Virus record (IMG/VR): IMGVR_UViG_3300044627_003356
Reading direction: 5' to 3' (one strand)
Length of the DNA stretch: 64,000 nt
From: a virus
Of this stretch, positions 36,600 through 47,900 are shown one piece after another; position 1 is the first letter of the stretch; every line of letters begins with the position of its first letter. Position numbers and translations under genes: made by a program. The notes beneath the pieces are model-generated. The model ran no database searches. It worked only from the letters and a program-made list of their open reading frames with translations, and was not told the DNA's origin.

Positions 36600-37980
36600 T
36601 ATTTAAATCTTCTGTTCCTGAACCAATATTCAAGTCGTCCGTTCCACTTTGTGTCATTAAGTCACCTTCGATTCCACTCAAAATTCTTGCAACTAAACTG
36701 GTGCGAACAAAGTCTATTGTTGTGTCCGTTTCCACTGGAGTAATATCAAGAATTACATTTCCAGAAATAATATATGAATCTAAATTAAATAGAATGCTGC
36801 TTGAATATACGGTACCATATTCCAACATGAATACATTAGTATCATTGTGGTTCAATATTACTTCAGTAGAATGAACATCGATTCCAGATACACCTTGAAT
36901 TAAGTATTTTGCGGTTCTATATTCAGTAGTTGAAAAAGTATCAAATATTTGATTTGCCGTGGATGTTGAAAACGTTGCCGTATTATTATACAATGCAGAC
37001 AATGCTGGCAATATAATAATACCGTTAGATTCAAGACTAAAAGAAGCGGTGTTGTTTGTTAAAACCGATATTGTATTGGCGTAGTTATAAGCATTTTGAG
37101 CCAATGTTAAAGCTGAGTTTGCGACACCAAAAGATGATTGTGCATACTGATTGACCGCAGTAATGTTGGTATTTTGTGCTAAATCAACACCTTGAATAAT
37201 ACTAATGGCTGAATTCTGTGTTAAATCGACACCTTGAATAATTGTAATGTTACTAGCGTTCGTATTAGCTAACGAGAAAGCGGAGTTAACTCTGTCTGTA
37301 TCAGCAATTCTAAAGAAATTTGTGCCATCGTTAGTGAATTTCCACGCATGGTCTGTTTCACTCCATTTCAATACTGTATTTGTTTCACTTCCACGATTAA
37401 TTTCAATACCGGCATCAAGTGTTGGAACACCAGTTACATTTGAATTCAATGTAATGATATTGTCTTTAACAAGTAACTGTTCTGTGTTCGCATAAAATGT
37501 TGTTCCAGTAACACTTAAATTACCGGTTACGTTAACATTACCAGAGATTGTTCCACCTGATGAATTGAATTTGTTATTGGCAGTAGCATAAGCAGCTGCA
37601 GCAAATTGATTTACTTCAGTAATTGTGGTATTTTGGCCTAAATTAACACCTTGAATGACAGCAATCGCATCAGCATTGGTATTAGCTTTATTAAATGCAC
37701 CAGCAGCCAGACCATTAGCACCATTAGCAGTATTAAAAGCACCTGCAGCAAATCCATTGACTGCTGTAATATTGGTGTTTTGAGTAGAATTGATGCCTGC
37801 AATTATAGAAACATTAGATTCTAATTGAGATTTAGTGATTAAATAATTTCCGCCAACCGTGGTACCATCATGTATCGTTAATGTTTTTTGATCGGTGTCA
37901 ACGGTAACTTCAGCAATAACACCGGTAAACACCGCCGTTTGAGCTGTATTCCCTCGTCTTAGTTGTAATTGTGTGGCCAT
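36595..37980 (-). CDS. fibre protein with Mtd_N-like head and triple-DL C-terminal peptide
   Basis: MATQLQLRRG...IHDGTT.GG; C-terminus GDLMTQSGTDDLNIGSGTEDLNI. Confidence 0.75.
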   Translation of the reverse strand: MATQLQLRRGNTAQTAVFTGVIAEVTVDTDQKTLTIHDGTTVGGNYLITKSQLESNVSIIAGINSTQNTNITAVNGFAAGAFNTANGANGLAAGAFNKANTNADAIAVIQGVNLGQNTTITEVNQFAAAAYATANNKFNSSGGTISGNVNVTGNLSVTGTTFYANTEQLLVKDNIITLNSNVTGVPTLDAGIEINRGSETNTVLKWSETDHAWKFTNDGTNFFRIADTDRVNSAFSLANTNASNITIIQGVDLTQNSAISIIQGVDLAQNTNITAVNQYAQSSFGVANSALTLAQNAYNYANTISVLTNNTASFSLESNGIIILPALSALYNNTATFSTSTANQIFDTFSTTEYRTAKYLIQGVSGIDVHSTEVILNHNDTNVFMLEYGTVYSSSILFNLDSYIISGNVILDITPVETDTTIDFVRTSLVARILSGIEGDLMTQSGTDDLNIGSGTEDLNI

Positions 37981-38008
37981 TGTTTATCCTAAAATCTAAT
38001 TTATATGT

Positions 38009-38016
38009 TATTTATA
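38009..38016 (-). promoter_or_regulatory. late promoter
   Basis: TATAAATA followed by AGGA SD. Confidence 0.75.
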
Positions 38017-39165
38017 TTAACCCACGGTGCCGTAATCAAATGAAGATGTTGTTGCATCCAAGTCAAATCCTGCATCAAATATTGCCGTTACTGGATCCCC
38101 AACAAATCCTAAAGAACCTGAAGGAGCTTCAACACCTATTCTAGCTATTGCGTTTCTAATGAAAGCTACGGTTACCGAACTGTTGGTTGGTGTAAACAAA
38201 ACATTTAATGTTGTTCCAACAATGGAACCAGTAAATGAACCTAAAGATGAAGAAGAATATGCATCACCAAAAGTATTTGCAAAAACTGTAATACCATTGT
38301 GAATTATATTTAAGTTCAACATATGAAATTCACTTGGACTGGAAAGTTGAACTTGATAGAAAGCACTTCTATATACAGAAGTTGAAAAAGAATCTATTGT
38401 AACTTGACTGGTATCTGTTAAATCTATTGTATTTGCAGATATATTTGTATTTGCAGTTAGATTTATAGCTTTAACACCAATGGTTCCTGTTGATGGATTA
38501 AATGTTAAATTATTATTTGATGTAAATAATGTGTTTGCAGTGCCTGATGTATTAGCAGTAAAGTTAATATAGTATACATTATTTGAAGTATTATCATTAG
38601 AAATTGTTACTGTTGTACCACCGCCGCCGCCAGTATTCGCTTGATCGTAAGCCGATTGTGCAAATTGGTTAACAGCCGTAATTTGTGTATTTTGCCAAGA
38701 ATCAACGCCTTGCGTTATGATAGTATTGGCTGAAGCTGAATTGGCAGTATCTCTAGCAAACTGATCCGTTGAAGATACAATAAGAGTATTGGCATAATTG
38801 TAAGCATCTTGAGCTAATGTTAATGCTGAGTTTCCGGTGTTTCTCGCAAACTGGTCCACATCAGCATCTTGAGAATTAATTGTGATTGTTTTTGTTGATG
38901 TGCAAGCTGAAATGGTAATATTATTACCAGGAACAATTGACAAAGTATCTGTAGGAGATGTTGCAAGAATTAAAGAACTGTTTGCATTGATTGTTGCAAA
39001 CGAATCAGTAGTTGAACCACTTTGAATGTAAGTGATAGAACTGTTAGCAGCTTTGTAATACAGTTTTCCATCGGCGTAGTTTAACGCCAACTCACCAAAT
39101 TCTAGTGAAGAAGGTACATTACCTGTTACGCCTGATTTTTTTAACTGTAGTGTTGTATTTGCCAT
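38017..39165 (-). CDS. fibre/adapter protein
   Basis: LQLKKS...GELALNYADGKLYYK head; C-terminus SLG...DAG...DYG. Confidence 0.7.
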   Translation of the reverse strand: MANTTLQLKKSGVTGNVPSSLEFGELALNYADGKLYYKAANSSITYIQSGSTTDSFATINANSSLILATSPTDTLSIVPGNNITISACTSTKTITINSQDADVDQFARNTGNSALTLAQDAYNYANTLIVSSTDQFARDTANSASANTIITQGVDSWQNTQITAVNQFAQSAYDQANTGGGGGTTVTISNDNTSNNVYYINFTANTSGTANTLFTSNNNLTFNPSTGTIGVKAINLTANTNISANTIDLTDTSQVTIDSFSTSVYRSAFYQVQLSSPSEFHMLNLNIIHNGITVFANTFGDAYSSSSLGSFTGSIVGTTLNVLFTPTNSSVTVAFIRNAIARIGVEAPSGSLGFVGDPVTAIFDAGFDLDATTSSFDYGTVG

Positions 39166-39169
39166 TTAC

Positions 39170-39721
39170 TTAAAAACTTCCGCCATCCTTTGTTGTATCA
39201 TCATTAATAGGTAAAACAGACGACTCTTTCAGTACTTCCAAAACTTTATTTTCTTCTTCTAATTTCTTACGCTTGGCAGGAGTTAATTGTAAATATTCAA
39301 TTTGATTAGTTAATTCTTTAATTTGATTTTCAAAATTTGTACGAGTTTTTTGGTGTTCTTCTCGTTCTTTATTTAATTCATCACGAAAAACATTAACATG
39401 TTGAACTTGGTGTTTAACATTTTCATATTCAGTTTTCATCCTATTCAACTCTGCCATTTGAACATTTAAATGATTAATGGTATCTAAATGTCCTTTGACA
39501 GCGCTTTCAAGATTATTAATTTTAGATTCAATTTCTTGATTTTTATCAGTTTTAATTGATTCTAAATTACTTTTTAATTCTTCAATTCTTTTTACTTGCT
39601 CATTAATAACATCTTCAGTAACTCTTGCATTAGCTTGTAGAGATATGTTTCTGATAACTGCATCAGTCATTGTACTAGTTAATATCTCTACATAATAATT
39701 TAAATACTTGTTGTTATCCAT
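39170..39721 (-). CDS. coiled-coil protein ending DGGSF
   Basis: Heptad-rich sequence; C-terminal DGGSF. Confidence 0.7.
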   Translation of the reverse strand: MDNNKYLNYYVEILTSTMTDAVIRNISLQANARVTEDVINEQVKRIEELKSNLESIKTDKNQEIESKINNLESAVKGHLDTINHLNVQMAELNRMKTEYENVKHQVQHVNVFRDELNKEREEHQKTRTNFENQIKELTNQIEYLQLTPAKRKKLEEENKVLEVLKESSVLPINDDTTKDGGSF

Positions 39722-39759
39722 TTCAAACTCCTATCATAAAAAAATTATATAGTCACGAA

Positions 39760-41958
39760 TTAAAACTGGCCTCCATCTAAAGCCGTTGTCCATACAGGAA
39801 CACCAGCATTAGTAACGGTTAATATCTGATTGGACCAGGTTTGGTCTGCACCACCTGCAGCCGCAGTTACACCAACTGCACCGGTTCCATTACCATATGT
39901 GATGCCGTTTTGTGTGATTGTGGATAGACCTGTACCGCCTTGGCCAACTGTCAGTCCACCAATCGCAGCCACAGTAGCAGCAGTAAACCTTCCGTATGCA
40001 TCAACAGTAATGCTTGTGATTGTATTATTGGAAGTAAGTGTGCCTGTTTGAGTATATGTTGTATTGCTGAGTGATTGCAAGCCAGAGGCACCAGCAATTA
40101 ACAATCCACCAGTTGTATAACTTGTTGATCCTGTACCTCCACGGTCATATCCTAATGTACCAGAAGTAATTTGTGAGGTAGAGATTGCAATAGAAGTGTT
40201 TGATACTGCAACAACACGACCATATACATCCGTTTCAAAGGCAGCAACAGAAGATGCTGAACCAAAGGTTTGACCAATAGCAACAGATGAGTTAGCAATC
40301 TGTGTCAGTCCATTTACACCAGAACCGATGACAATTTGACCTGATGTAAACGAGGTTACACCTGTACCACCATTTGGTACTGTAAGTGCATTGTTGAGTG
40401 CTAATGTGTTTGCAGTAATTGTAGTCAGATATGCTGGTCTACTAATTACAAATTCGGCTGGTGTGAAGTAAGCAACGTCTGTGCTGTCTGCATAGAAATG
40501 GACATTACCATCTGCATTACTGAACATACCAGAATCGTTGTCGCCTTCTGTACCACTAAATGAATAACCACCAGCAGTATTAGCACCTTGTGCCGCTAGA
40601 ATTTTGCCTGCTGCTTCTAATGTACCATCATTTCCAAATGTCCAAACATGAGCATTGTTTGCACGAATGTATACTTCTTTTGCACCATCGCTTACTTGAA
40701 CATTAGTTTGTTCACCACCCAAATACAATTCAGCACTAGAGGCATCAATTGTACCTCCAGCACGAACATGAATATGCCCGTTTGCTGTTGGATCAAGAAT
40801 GATGTATTGGTCATTGACACCTGGACCATAATTGACACTTGGTGCTAATAAGAGTGTGTTGTTGGTTGTGTCACCAAAAATACGGTTTGCAACATATATT
40901 GTATTGGCTTGAACTGTATCGCCAATTGTGTTGCCTTTGAAATATGCTGCAGTAACATTGGCTTCACGATATGATGGGTCACTTAGGTTGATGTTGTTGT
41001 TTGCATCAAGTTCACCAGTATAACCTTGGAAGAAATGATATTCTTTTGTGCTGGAATCACGAATCAAACCTGTGTGAGCATTAGAACCATCATTGTAGTG
41101 TGAAGCAAAACCAATATCAAATGTGTCGGAGAAATAATTACCAACACCTAAAAGGAGTAATGGATCTTGAATTTCAAATTGTACAATATTTAATGTTGAG
41201 GTATTACCAAATACAATTAAATTACCGGTAACAGTTAAGTCATTATTTGCACCAATCGTTAAGTTGGTGTTGATTGTTTGTGTGCCACCAGTAAAGGCAT
41301 TGGCACGAACAACTGTGTCATCAACATCAAAAGTTACTGTGTCGGTTGCACTTGCAGTAGAAGTAATACCGGCACCACCAACGAGTGTTAGTGTGTCGCC
41401 ACCAGAAACGGTTTGTGATGCACCAGAATCGGCTGCAACAGTAAATGATGTAGAAATTGCTGCGGTTGTAACATTCATTACACGGCCGTTTGCGGCCACC
41501 TGAATAACTGGAATTTCTGTTGTGGAACCGTATGTACCAGCACCAAGGCCAGGAACCGCATTAAGAGAAGTATTGAGAGTTACATCAGCAGTACCATTAA
41601 AACCAACGGCTGAAGCGGTGATATCACCACCACTAATTGAGAAGTTTCTAGAATTCTCTAATTGAAGAGCAGAATTTGCAGTACCTTGGATAGTACCAAT
41701 AATATTTGCAGTAATGAAATTAAATGATGCATTACCTGTTGCATCTCGTTTAACTAGTGTTGATCCGGTAGCTGCATCGGTCGCATTATCGACCTGAGAA
41801 GTGTAGTATTGACCACCAACATTGACAACACCGTTGCCTGTAGGTGAACCAATGAATATTGTGTTTGAGGCATAAGAATACGCCAATTCACCAGCAAGTA
41901 ATGAACCTGGTCTTCCAATTGAACTGGAACGTTTGATTAAAATATTAGTATTGGCCAT
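39760..41958 (-). CDS. long fibre protein
   Basis: ILIKRS...GELAYS head; GGTG and D.YGR fibre repeats; ends LDGGQF. Confidence 0.75.
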   Translation of the reverse strand: MANTNILIKRSSSIGRPGSLLAGELAYSYASNTIFIGSPTGNGVVNVGGQYYTSQVDNATDAATGSTLVKRDATGNASFNFITANIIGTIQGTANSALQLENSRNFSISGGDITASAVGFNGTADVTLNTSLNAVPGLGAGTYGSTTEIPVIQVAANGRVMNVTTAAISTSFTVAADSGASQTVSGGDTLTLVGGAGITSTASATDTVTFDVDDTVVRANAFTGGTQTINTNLTIGANNDLTVTGNLIVFGNTSTLNIVQFEIQDPLLLLGVGNYFSDTFDIGFASHYNDGSNAHTGLIRDSSTKEYHFFQGYTGELDANNNINLSDPSYREANVTAAYFKGNTIGDTVQANTIYVANRIFGDTTNNTLLLAPSVNYGPGVNDQYIILDPTANGHIHVRAGGTIDASSAELYLGGEQTNVQVSDGAKEVYIRANNAHVWTFGNDGTLEAAGKILAAQGANTAGGYSFSGTEGDNDSGMFSNADGNVHFYADSTDVAYFTPAEFVISRPAYLTTITANTLALNNALTVPNGGTGVTSFTSGQIVIGSGVNGLTQIANSSVAIGQTFGSASSVAAFETDVYGRVVAVSNTSIAISTSQITSGTLGYDRGGTGSTSYTTGGLLIAGASGLQSLSNTTYTQTGTLTSNNTITSITVDAYGRFTAATVAAIGGLTVGQGGTGLSTITQNGITYGNGTGAVGVTAAAGGADQTWSNQILTVTNAGVPVWTTALDGGQF

Positions 41959-41993
41959 TTTTTCTCTCTTTTATTATTATTTTACCACTTTTT

Positions 41994-42000
41994 TATTTAT
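41994..42000 (-). promoter_or_regulatory. late promoter
   Basis: ATAAATA overlapping the stop of the 66-aa gene. Confidence 0.65.
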
Positions 42001-42197
42001 GTAAATGTACCACCGTCAACCACATTTATGGTAACGTTGGCGATGTAATTTGGACCGCCTATTTCTACTATTTGACTATCTCTACTGCCAATAAACAACG
42101 TATTTGAAGCAAACGAATACGCTAACTCACCATCATCCAGTGTTGTTGGTCTAGTATTTGCATATGACCGAAGAATTTGTATGGTTGTATTGGCCAT
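41997..42197 (-). CDS. minimal adapter (head domain plus DGGTF tail)
   Basis: Paralogous to the N-terminus of 39760..41958 (GELAYS.ASNT.FIGS); ends VDGGTFT. Confidence 0.75.
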   Translation of the reverse strand: MANTTIQILRSYANTRPTTLDDGELAYSFASNTLFIGSRDSQIVEIGGPNYIANVTINVVDGGTFT

Positions 42198-42422
42198 TTA
42201 GAAAAATCCTGCGTCTAAGTCTGGGTTTAAATCTGCAACTGATTGTATTACAAAACTATTTGTATTTGCTTGATATACAATAACATCTCTATCTTGAGCC
42301 CCTGTCATTGATAAGTCCGTTGAATTTTTAATGGTTTTAACACCATAATTTAATTGACGAACTGTACCACCTTGTTGTTGATTAACTTGAACATTGACTG
42401 TTCCGATTACTTGTCCTGGCAT
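42198..42422 (-). CDS. small virion adapter ending LDAGFF
   Basis: 74 aa; abuts the next gene (TAA ATG). Confidence 0.65.
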   Translation of the reverse strand: MPGQVIGTVNVQVNQQQGGTVRQLNYGVKTIKNSTDLSMTGAQDRDVIVYQANTNSFVIQSVADLNPDLDAGFF

Positions 42423-42431
42423 GGCAGTTCC

Positions 42432-42773
42432 TTAAAACTTGGTGACTTGAGGAATAACATTCACGATTCCTTCTAATACTCTAGTCACGGTGTTTGCGGT
42501 GTCTTTAATTGCCACGTCATATACATAACGACCAGCTGCAATATTCGATGTCGTGTTTGCGTTTAATATTAAATTAATGTTACCATCTGTTGGTGTTGGT
42601 ATAATAACAATGAACTCTGCGGTTGTATTGGCAGAATAATACGATTTACGAATTTGACTTTTAGCGGTTGCACCAGTTAAATCAAAAGGAACGCCATCAA
42701 TATCATCTAATGTAATATTAGTGGTAAATGTGGTTCCTTGTTCTAAAAATAACTCTTGATATGCTGCAGCCAT
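42432..42773 (-). CDS. virion structural / fibre-attachment protein
   Basis: LEQG.TF...DLTG.TA.SQIRKSY...GRYVYDV...TRVLEG.V.V.P.VT, common in environmental T4-likes. Confidence 0.7.
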   Translation of the reverse strand: MAAAYQELFLEQGTTFTTNITLDDIDGVPFDLTGATAKSQIRKSYYSANTTAEFIVIIPTPTDGNINLILNANTTSNIAAGRYVYDVAIKDTANTVTRVLEGIVNVIPQVTKF

Positions 42774-42802
42774 CTTATATCCTGTATATAATATTTCTTA
42801 GG

Positions 42803-42809
42803 TATTTAG
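42803..42809 (-). promoter_or_regulatory. late promoter
   Basis: CTAAATA (a second TTAAATA at 42824-42818). Confidence 0.6.
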
Positions 42810-42830
42810 TCAATACCTATTTAATGCAAA

Positions 42831-42896
42831 AGTAAATTGACTTTTTGGACTTTTGAAACCAGTCAAAAAATTTTTAAGCCGGAACCACAGGAAATC
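42831..42896. repeat. intergenic A-tract element, copy A
   Basis: agtaaatt..ctttt.g....ttgaaa.....aaaaaattttt..gccggaa aligns with 59647-59712. Confidence 0.75.
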
Positions 42897-44703
42897 AATT
42901 TTTCTTAATTGAGTCAATCTCAGCTTTTAACTCTTTGATTGCTTCAATTAACAACGGAATCATTCTCTCATATCGAACAGTCATATACTGTGGGTCGATT
43001 GGTGCTGGTGCCACCACTTCAGGTAAAACAGCATTGACTTCTTGTGCAGAAACACCAACTTCACGAACAGGTTTATATCCTAATGCCTGTGCGGTTTCAT
43101 TGGCTTCATGGTAGAATCCGTTGAGTGACATAATTTTTTCTAAAGCATTCTGGATGTTACCTAATTTGGTTTTTAATCTATCATCCGAATAGTATGCGGT
43201 GATGTTATTGGTTGCACGAATCTCACCTGTTGTGCCAGAGGCCGCTGTACCTACACCAAACGAACCGAACTGGACAGAAGAACCCGTTGCGATATTTTGT
43301 GGTAAAGATAATGTTGGTGTCGTGGTACCTGATACAGTAATTTGACTCGCTGTGCCTGTAATCGAGGTAACTGGTGCAGTGCCAGAACTGAGAGCAGTTA
43401 CACGACCATAGGCATCAATTGTTAGTGAGGAATTGGTTGCTGATGTGGCACCAGGTCCTGCCGTGGTCAAATCAAGGACTGGTGTTAAACCACCAGTAGA
43501 TGTGATACGACCCGAGGTACCTGATACAGAACTAACACGGTTGTTGGCTGTATTGAAAGCACCGGCAGCCAGACCATTAGCACCGTTTGCCGTTGCATAA
43601 GCACCACCAGCAAACTGATTGACTTGTGTAATCGTGGTATTTTGATTACTGTTAATGGTCTCGATAGAATTCAGGCGTGTATTTTGAGTAGCATCAACAC
43701 CTTCAATGATAGACATTCTGGTGTTTTGTGCTAAGTCAACACCTTGAATAACACCAATTTGTGTATTTTGTGTTGAGTCTACACCTTGAATACCAGATAT
43801 TTGAGTATTCTGAGTGTTGTTAACATTCTGTAAATAATTAACAGCCAAAGATGTGGCCACGTTTGATGAACTTGCAAGATTTGTTGAGTCACTTAAATAT
43901 TCATCGGTTAATACACGATAAAATAAACCATTATCAACATCATTCATGTCAAAATATTTGTTGGTTTCATTCCAACGAATTACTGCATTAGCACCAGAAG
44001 TACCACGATTGACTGCAAAGGTGCTATTTAAACCAACAGAACTATTTGCATTAATAGTGAAACTATTGGTGTTATACACCGTTGTTCCTACAATAATAAA
44101 ATTACCACCAACAGCTAACTGACCACTAACCGTAGCATCATTTGAAATTAATAACGTTGAACCTGTAATCGTAGTGTTTGAAATCAAAGAATTGGTAATA
44201 ATTCTACCAACAATATTTGCTGCAGCTCCAGAAATTGCGCCATTGGATTGTAGTGTGTTTACAAAAGCATTACCCGAAGCATTAAGTGTTGTTGTTCTTA
44301 CGATATTATTTGCAGATATATCTCTAGCATAAACATTACCAGCAGCATTAAATGTGTTTGCTCTGATTAATGTGTTAGCTGTAATTTGATTTGTAACTAA
44401 GTCACCACGGATTAGTGCGTTATTGGCAACCTCTAGTCCATTACCGGTGCCATTAATAAACACATTTGACACAGCTGATACACTTCCGCCCACAGATAAT
44501 GTACCCGAAACAACACCAGAACCTAACAATGCTGCAGCCGTTACAGATAAACCTGTACCGGATCCATCTAAGAACAATGTACCAGAATCTTTAGTATAAT
44601 TGTTTGCAGCTAAATTGTTTAACTCAACCGCTTGACGGTTTTGTTGTGTGAGTAAATCACCAAATGTGTTGGTGAAACTAAGAATTGGTATTGTATTGGC
44701 CAT
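42895..44703 (-). CDS. tail fibre with C-terminal intramolecular chaperone (peptidase S74-like)
   Basis: YYSDDRLK...GVSAQEV..VLPE.V...VRYERMIPLLIEAIKEL. Confidence 0.85.
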   Translation of the reverse strand: MANTIPILSFTNTFGDLLTQQNRQAVELNNLAANNYTKDSGTLFLDGSGTGLSVTAAALLGSGVVSGTLSVGGSVSAVSNVFINGTGNGLEVANNALIRGDLVTNQITANTLIRANTFNAAGNVYARDISANNIVRTTTLNASGNAFVNTLQSNGAISGAAANIVGRIITNSLISNTTITGSTLLISNDATVSGQLAVGGNFIIVGTTVYNTNSFTINANSSVGLNSTFAVNRGTSGANAVIRWNETNKYFDMNDVDNGLFYRVLTDEYLSDSTNLASSSNVATSLAVNYLQNVNNTQNTQISGIQGVDSTQNTQIGVIQGVDLAQNTRMSIIEGVDATQNTRLNSIETINSNQNTTITQVNQFAGGAYATANGANGLAAGAFNTANNRVSSVSGTSGRITSTGGLTPVLDLTTAGPGATSATNSSLTIDAYGRVTALSSGTAPVTSITGTASQITVSGTTTPTLSLPQNIATGSSVQFGSFGVGTAASGTTGEIRATNNITAYYSDDRLKTKLGNIQNALEKIMSLNGFYHEANETAQALGYKPVREVGVSAQEVNAVLPEVVAPAPIDPQYMTVRYERMIPLLIEAIKELKAEIDSIKKN

Positions 44704-44924
44704 TATTGATTTCCTGACAATTTAAGTAAAAGTTCTTTGATAATTTTAACATCGTCTTTTACTTCATTGATTTCATTTTTAATAGTATTTATTTCTTGTT
44801 TTTGACTGTTTAATAATTTAGACTTAAACTTATATTCTTCAAGACCAGAAATATCGGTATTAATAAGAGCCATTGTTTTTGTGTCCCTTACAAAAGTTGT
44901 GCCTTCTACTTTTACGATAGTCAT
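44703..44924 (-). CDS. small coiled-coil protein
   Basis: VKVEG...VRD..T.ALIN.D...; typically follows VrlC-like genes. Confidence 0.7.
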   Translation of the reverse strand: MTIVKVEGTTFVRDTKTMALINTDISGLEEYKFKSKLLNSQKQEINTIKNEINEVKDDVKIIKELLLKLSGNQ

Positions 44925-44925
44925 A

Positions 44926-47900
44926 TTATGTCAACGCCGATGGTAGAGCAATTGCACGAATGTCAGTTAAGAATGGTACAGCCGTTTTATCGGATGTTGC
45001 CAAGACAATCTTGATTGCAAATTGACTAAAGTTATTATATGTCTGGCCAGTTACATTACTGATATACTCTACATAGTTTTGTGCCACACTACCAGATCCT
45101 GGTGCAGCTACAAACTCATATGTACCATCTCTTGTCTGAGAATACAATGAATCGGTATTGTTAATCAATGTCATCAACTGCCATTTACCTGAATCAAATG
45201 TTTGTGTATCACTTCTTGACAGTATCTTATAGTAGACATAAATGTTTGTATTGACTGGTCGATAGGCGGTGAAGTATACACGCAAATCACCTGAATCAAA
45301 TCCTTGGTCTAGAATAACCTTCTTGGTAATGTATCGTGCAATTCCGTTACCACCTGAAGATGATGTTTCACCACCAACGGTGATTGTCGCACCAGTACCA
45401 GGTGACGAGTTGGCATCAGCAACAGTAATCGTAGGTGTCGTTGCATAACCAGAACCACCATTCGTGATATAGATGTTTCTAATTACGCCACCAACCACAT
45501 TGGCCGTGGCAGTTGCACCAGAACCAAATCCATTGGCAGAAGTAACAGTTACGGATGTCGTATTAACATTGTAACCAGAACCACCATTGGCAACTGTAAT
45601 TATACTGTTAGATAATTCTAGATTATTAATGTTCCAACCAATCGTATAGACACCCAATCCATCATCTGAAATTATAGGTGATACTGCATCATCAACAGTA
45701 GACATTACTGCATATAAAGAGAATGATGTATTGGAGTTGGCAACAAGAACCCGCTCACCAAGTCCATCATTCAAATAGATGTCATCATACATTGGTGTAC
45801 CAAATTTACCAGGATTAACTCCCTCTGTTGGTGCAGCCGTCTTGGTTGAGTTTAATGTTGCACCATACGAGTAACTAAGTGTGGTACTACCTGGTACAAA
45901 ATCAGATGTAGAAATATTAAATGCATCAACCACAACATTCGTATTGGCTGCTGATGAAATATTTGTATTGATTGTGTTTGGACTGAGGTAATATGAAATG
46001 TCTTGTTCAGTCAGTTTACGATATGGTAAACGATTTGGTACAACAAACTGTAATGTTGGTTGAGTACCGACTGAGAACACACAACGGTCAATCGTGAACA
46101 TCATAGATTCGTTTTGGTCAGCAGTCCATGTTTGTGAGTTCTGGGATACAAACAAAGAACCAACATAAGGTGCTGCATTAATCTTTGTGATTGTTGCAGG
46201 TGTTGAGTCAGTTGGTAGATTTTTAACAGAAGATGCTAATGCTGTATCTCCATTTTCTGCCGTGTAAATGGTGTATTCATTTGATGAAGGACATTTAACA
46301 ATCAATGAATATAGTTTGTTTGATTCCAAATATACAGGTGCTGGGAATTTAAACACAGTATATGTGGTAGGATCCAAATAATGTGGATTATTGGATATAT
46401 TAATATTCTCTGCTGTCAATGTCACCTGTGAATTATCTAGTGTTTCACCGTTTGGATAACCATTAAGTGTGCCCACGATAGACAAAGTTACTGGTGCATA
46501 CTGACTTGCTTTGGTTTTAAAGAATATTTTAACAGAGTCAACAAAACATCCATTTGGATAATTTTCTTTGTTGATAATAAATGTTTGTGCTACAGGATCC
46601 CATACAGTTGTATAGGTGTAAGAAGTTATGTTTGTTCTTTCACTTGTTTGTGTGAAAGTATTCTTAGCAGAATCAATTGACGAAGCATAGTTTACACCTT
46701 GTTTGGTCTGTTGTAGACCAGATGCATAGAATGTTGCCTCTGCAAATGTCTGAGCCGATTCAATGTTACCACCTACTGAATCATCAATTCTAAATGTTCT
46801 TTGACCTGTGTGAAATATACCACCAGGCACAGCGAAGATGCCAGAAATCATACCTGCTTCATTAGTTTTCATGGTGCCAATAGAATAGATATCACCATTT
46901 GCTGTAGTAATTGTTGAACTTAGTGTGGCCAACTTGGTTGTACCATTATATGCAGAGATGGATGCAGACTGCCCAATACCTGTGCCGTTAATGATATAAA
47001 CTGTATTACCAGTATAAAAATTATTGGTTAAAGAAGCAGTTGCACCTAGTGTAATTGAAGTTGTTGTATTGGCATTTACAATTTGGCCAGAATTATGTGT
47101 AAATGATAAAATTGTTCCACTTGCAGTCGTTGTTTGATACTGACCACCAGCATTAAACTGTGCATTTTGTATTGTTGCACCAGTGCCAAATGTTTGGCCA
47201 ACAATATCACCTACAACATACAAACGCCATTTTGTGGTGTCGTTTGGATAATGATAGTATGAAACAATCTTGGCAGCCGGTGTAAAATTACTACCAGCAA
47301 GATAACCAATAATGTCACCATCTTTAAATGATCCAGTAACATTAGTTAATTCTAATATGTTTGGTTTACGAATATATTTGTTAACAGAATCACCATCAAA
47401 ATAAGCATTAACATCGGTGTTAACAGTTAAACCATAAGTGTTAAAGAACAAAAACTGTGAACGAATATATGGTAGAATACTTACATCAGTAATGAATCCA
47501 GCAGTTTCAACATAACTTGAATTGAGTTTATCATAGTAACCTAAAACAGTTTGTTGTTGCTGTGTTGTATATGTGGTAACTTGATTGGTACGCCAGTTAC
47601 GACCAGCTGAAATTACATTGTCTGTTGATGTAGCAACAGTTGTTTTCCAATCACCCACTTGTAACACATTGACCTGGTCACTAGCACGATATACTTGTAA
47701 ATTTGGATCAACAATTAATAAATCAGGAGACCTTTCAGTATCAACCCAATTGTCCATTGGAGGACTTAATGTAACTGTACCAGAGTTTAAAGATACTGAA
47801 AATGGATTTAGATTAACCACACGAGAAGCAATTCGTTGTGTCACCACATTTGCTGTCGTGTATGGTAATGTAAAGAAGTTTGAACTAGAACTCTTAGAGA

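Noticed and set aside
26250-36680. Paralogous C-terminal peptides as a DGR template/variable repeat pair
   Set aside because: No reverse transcriptase in the window, both copies are coding, and differences are not confined to adenines
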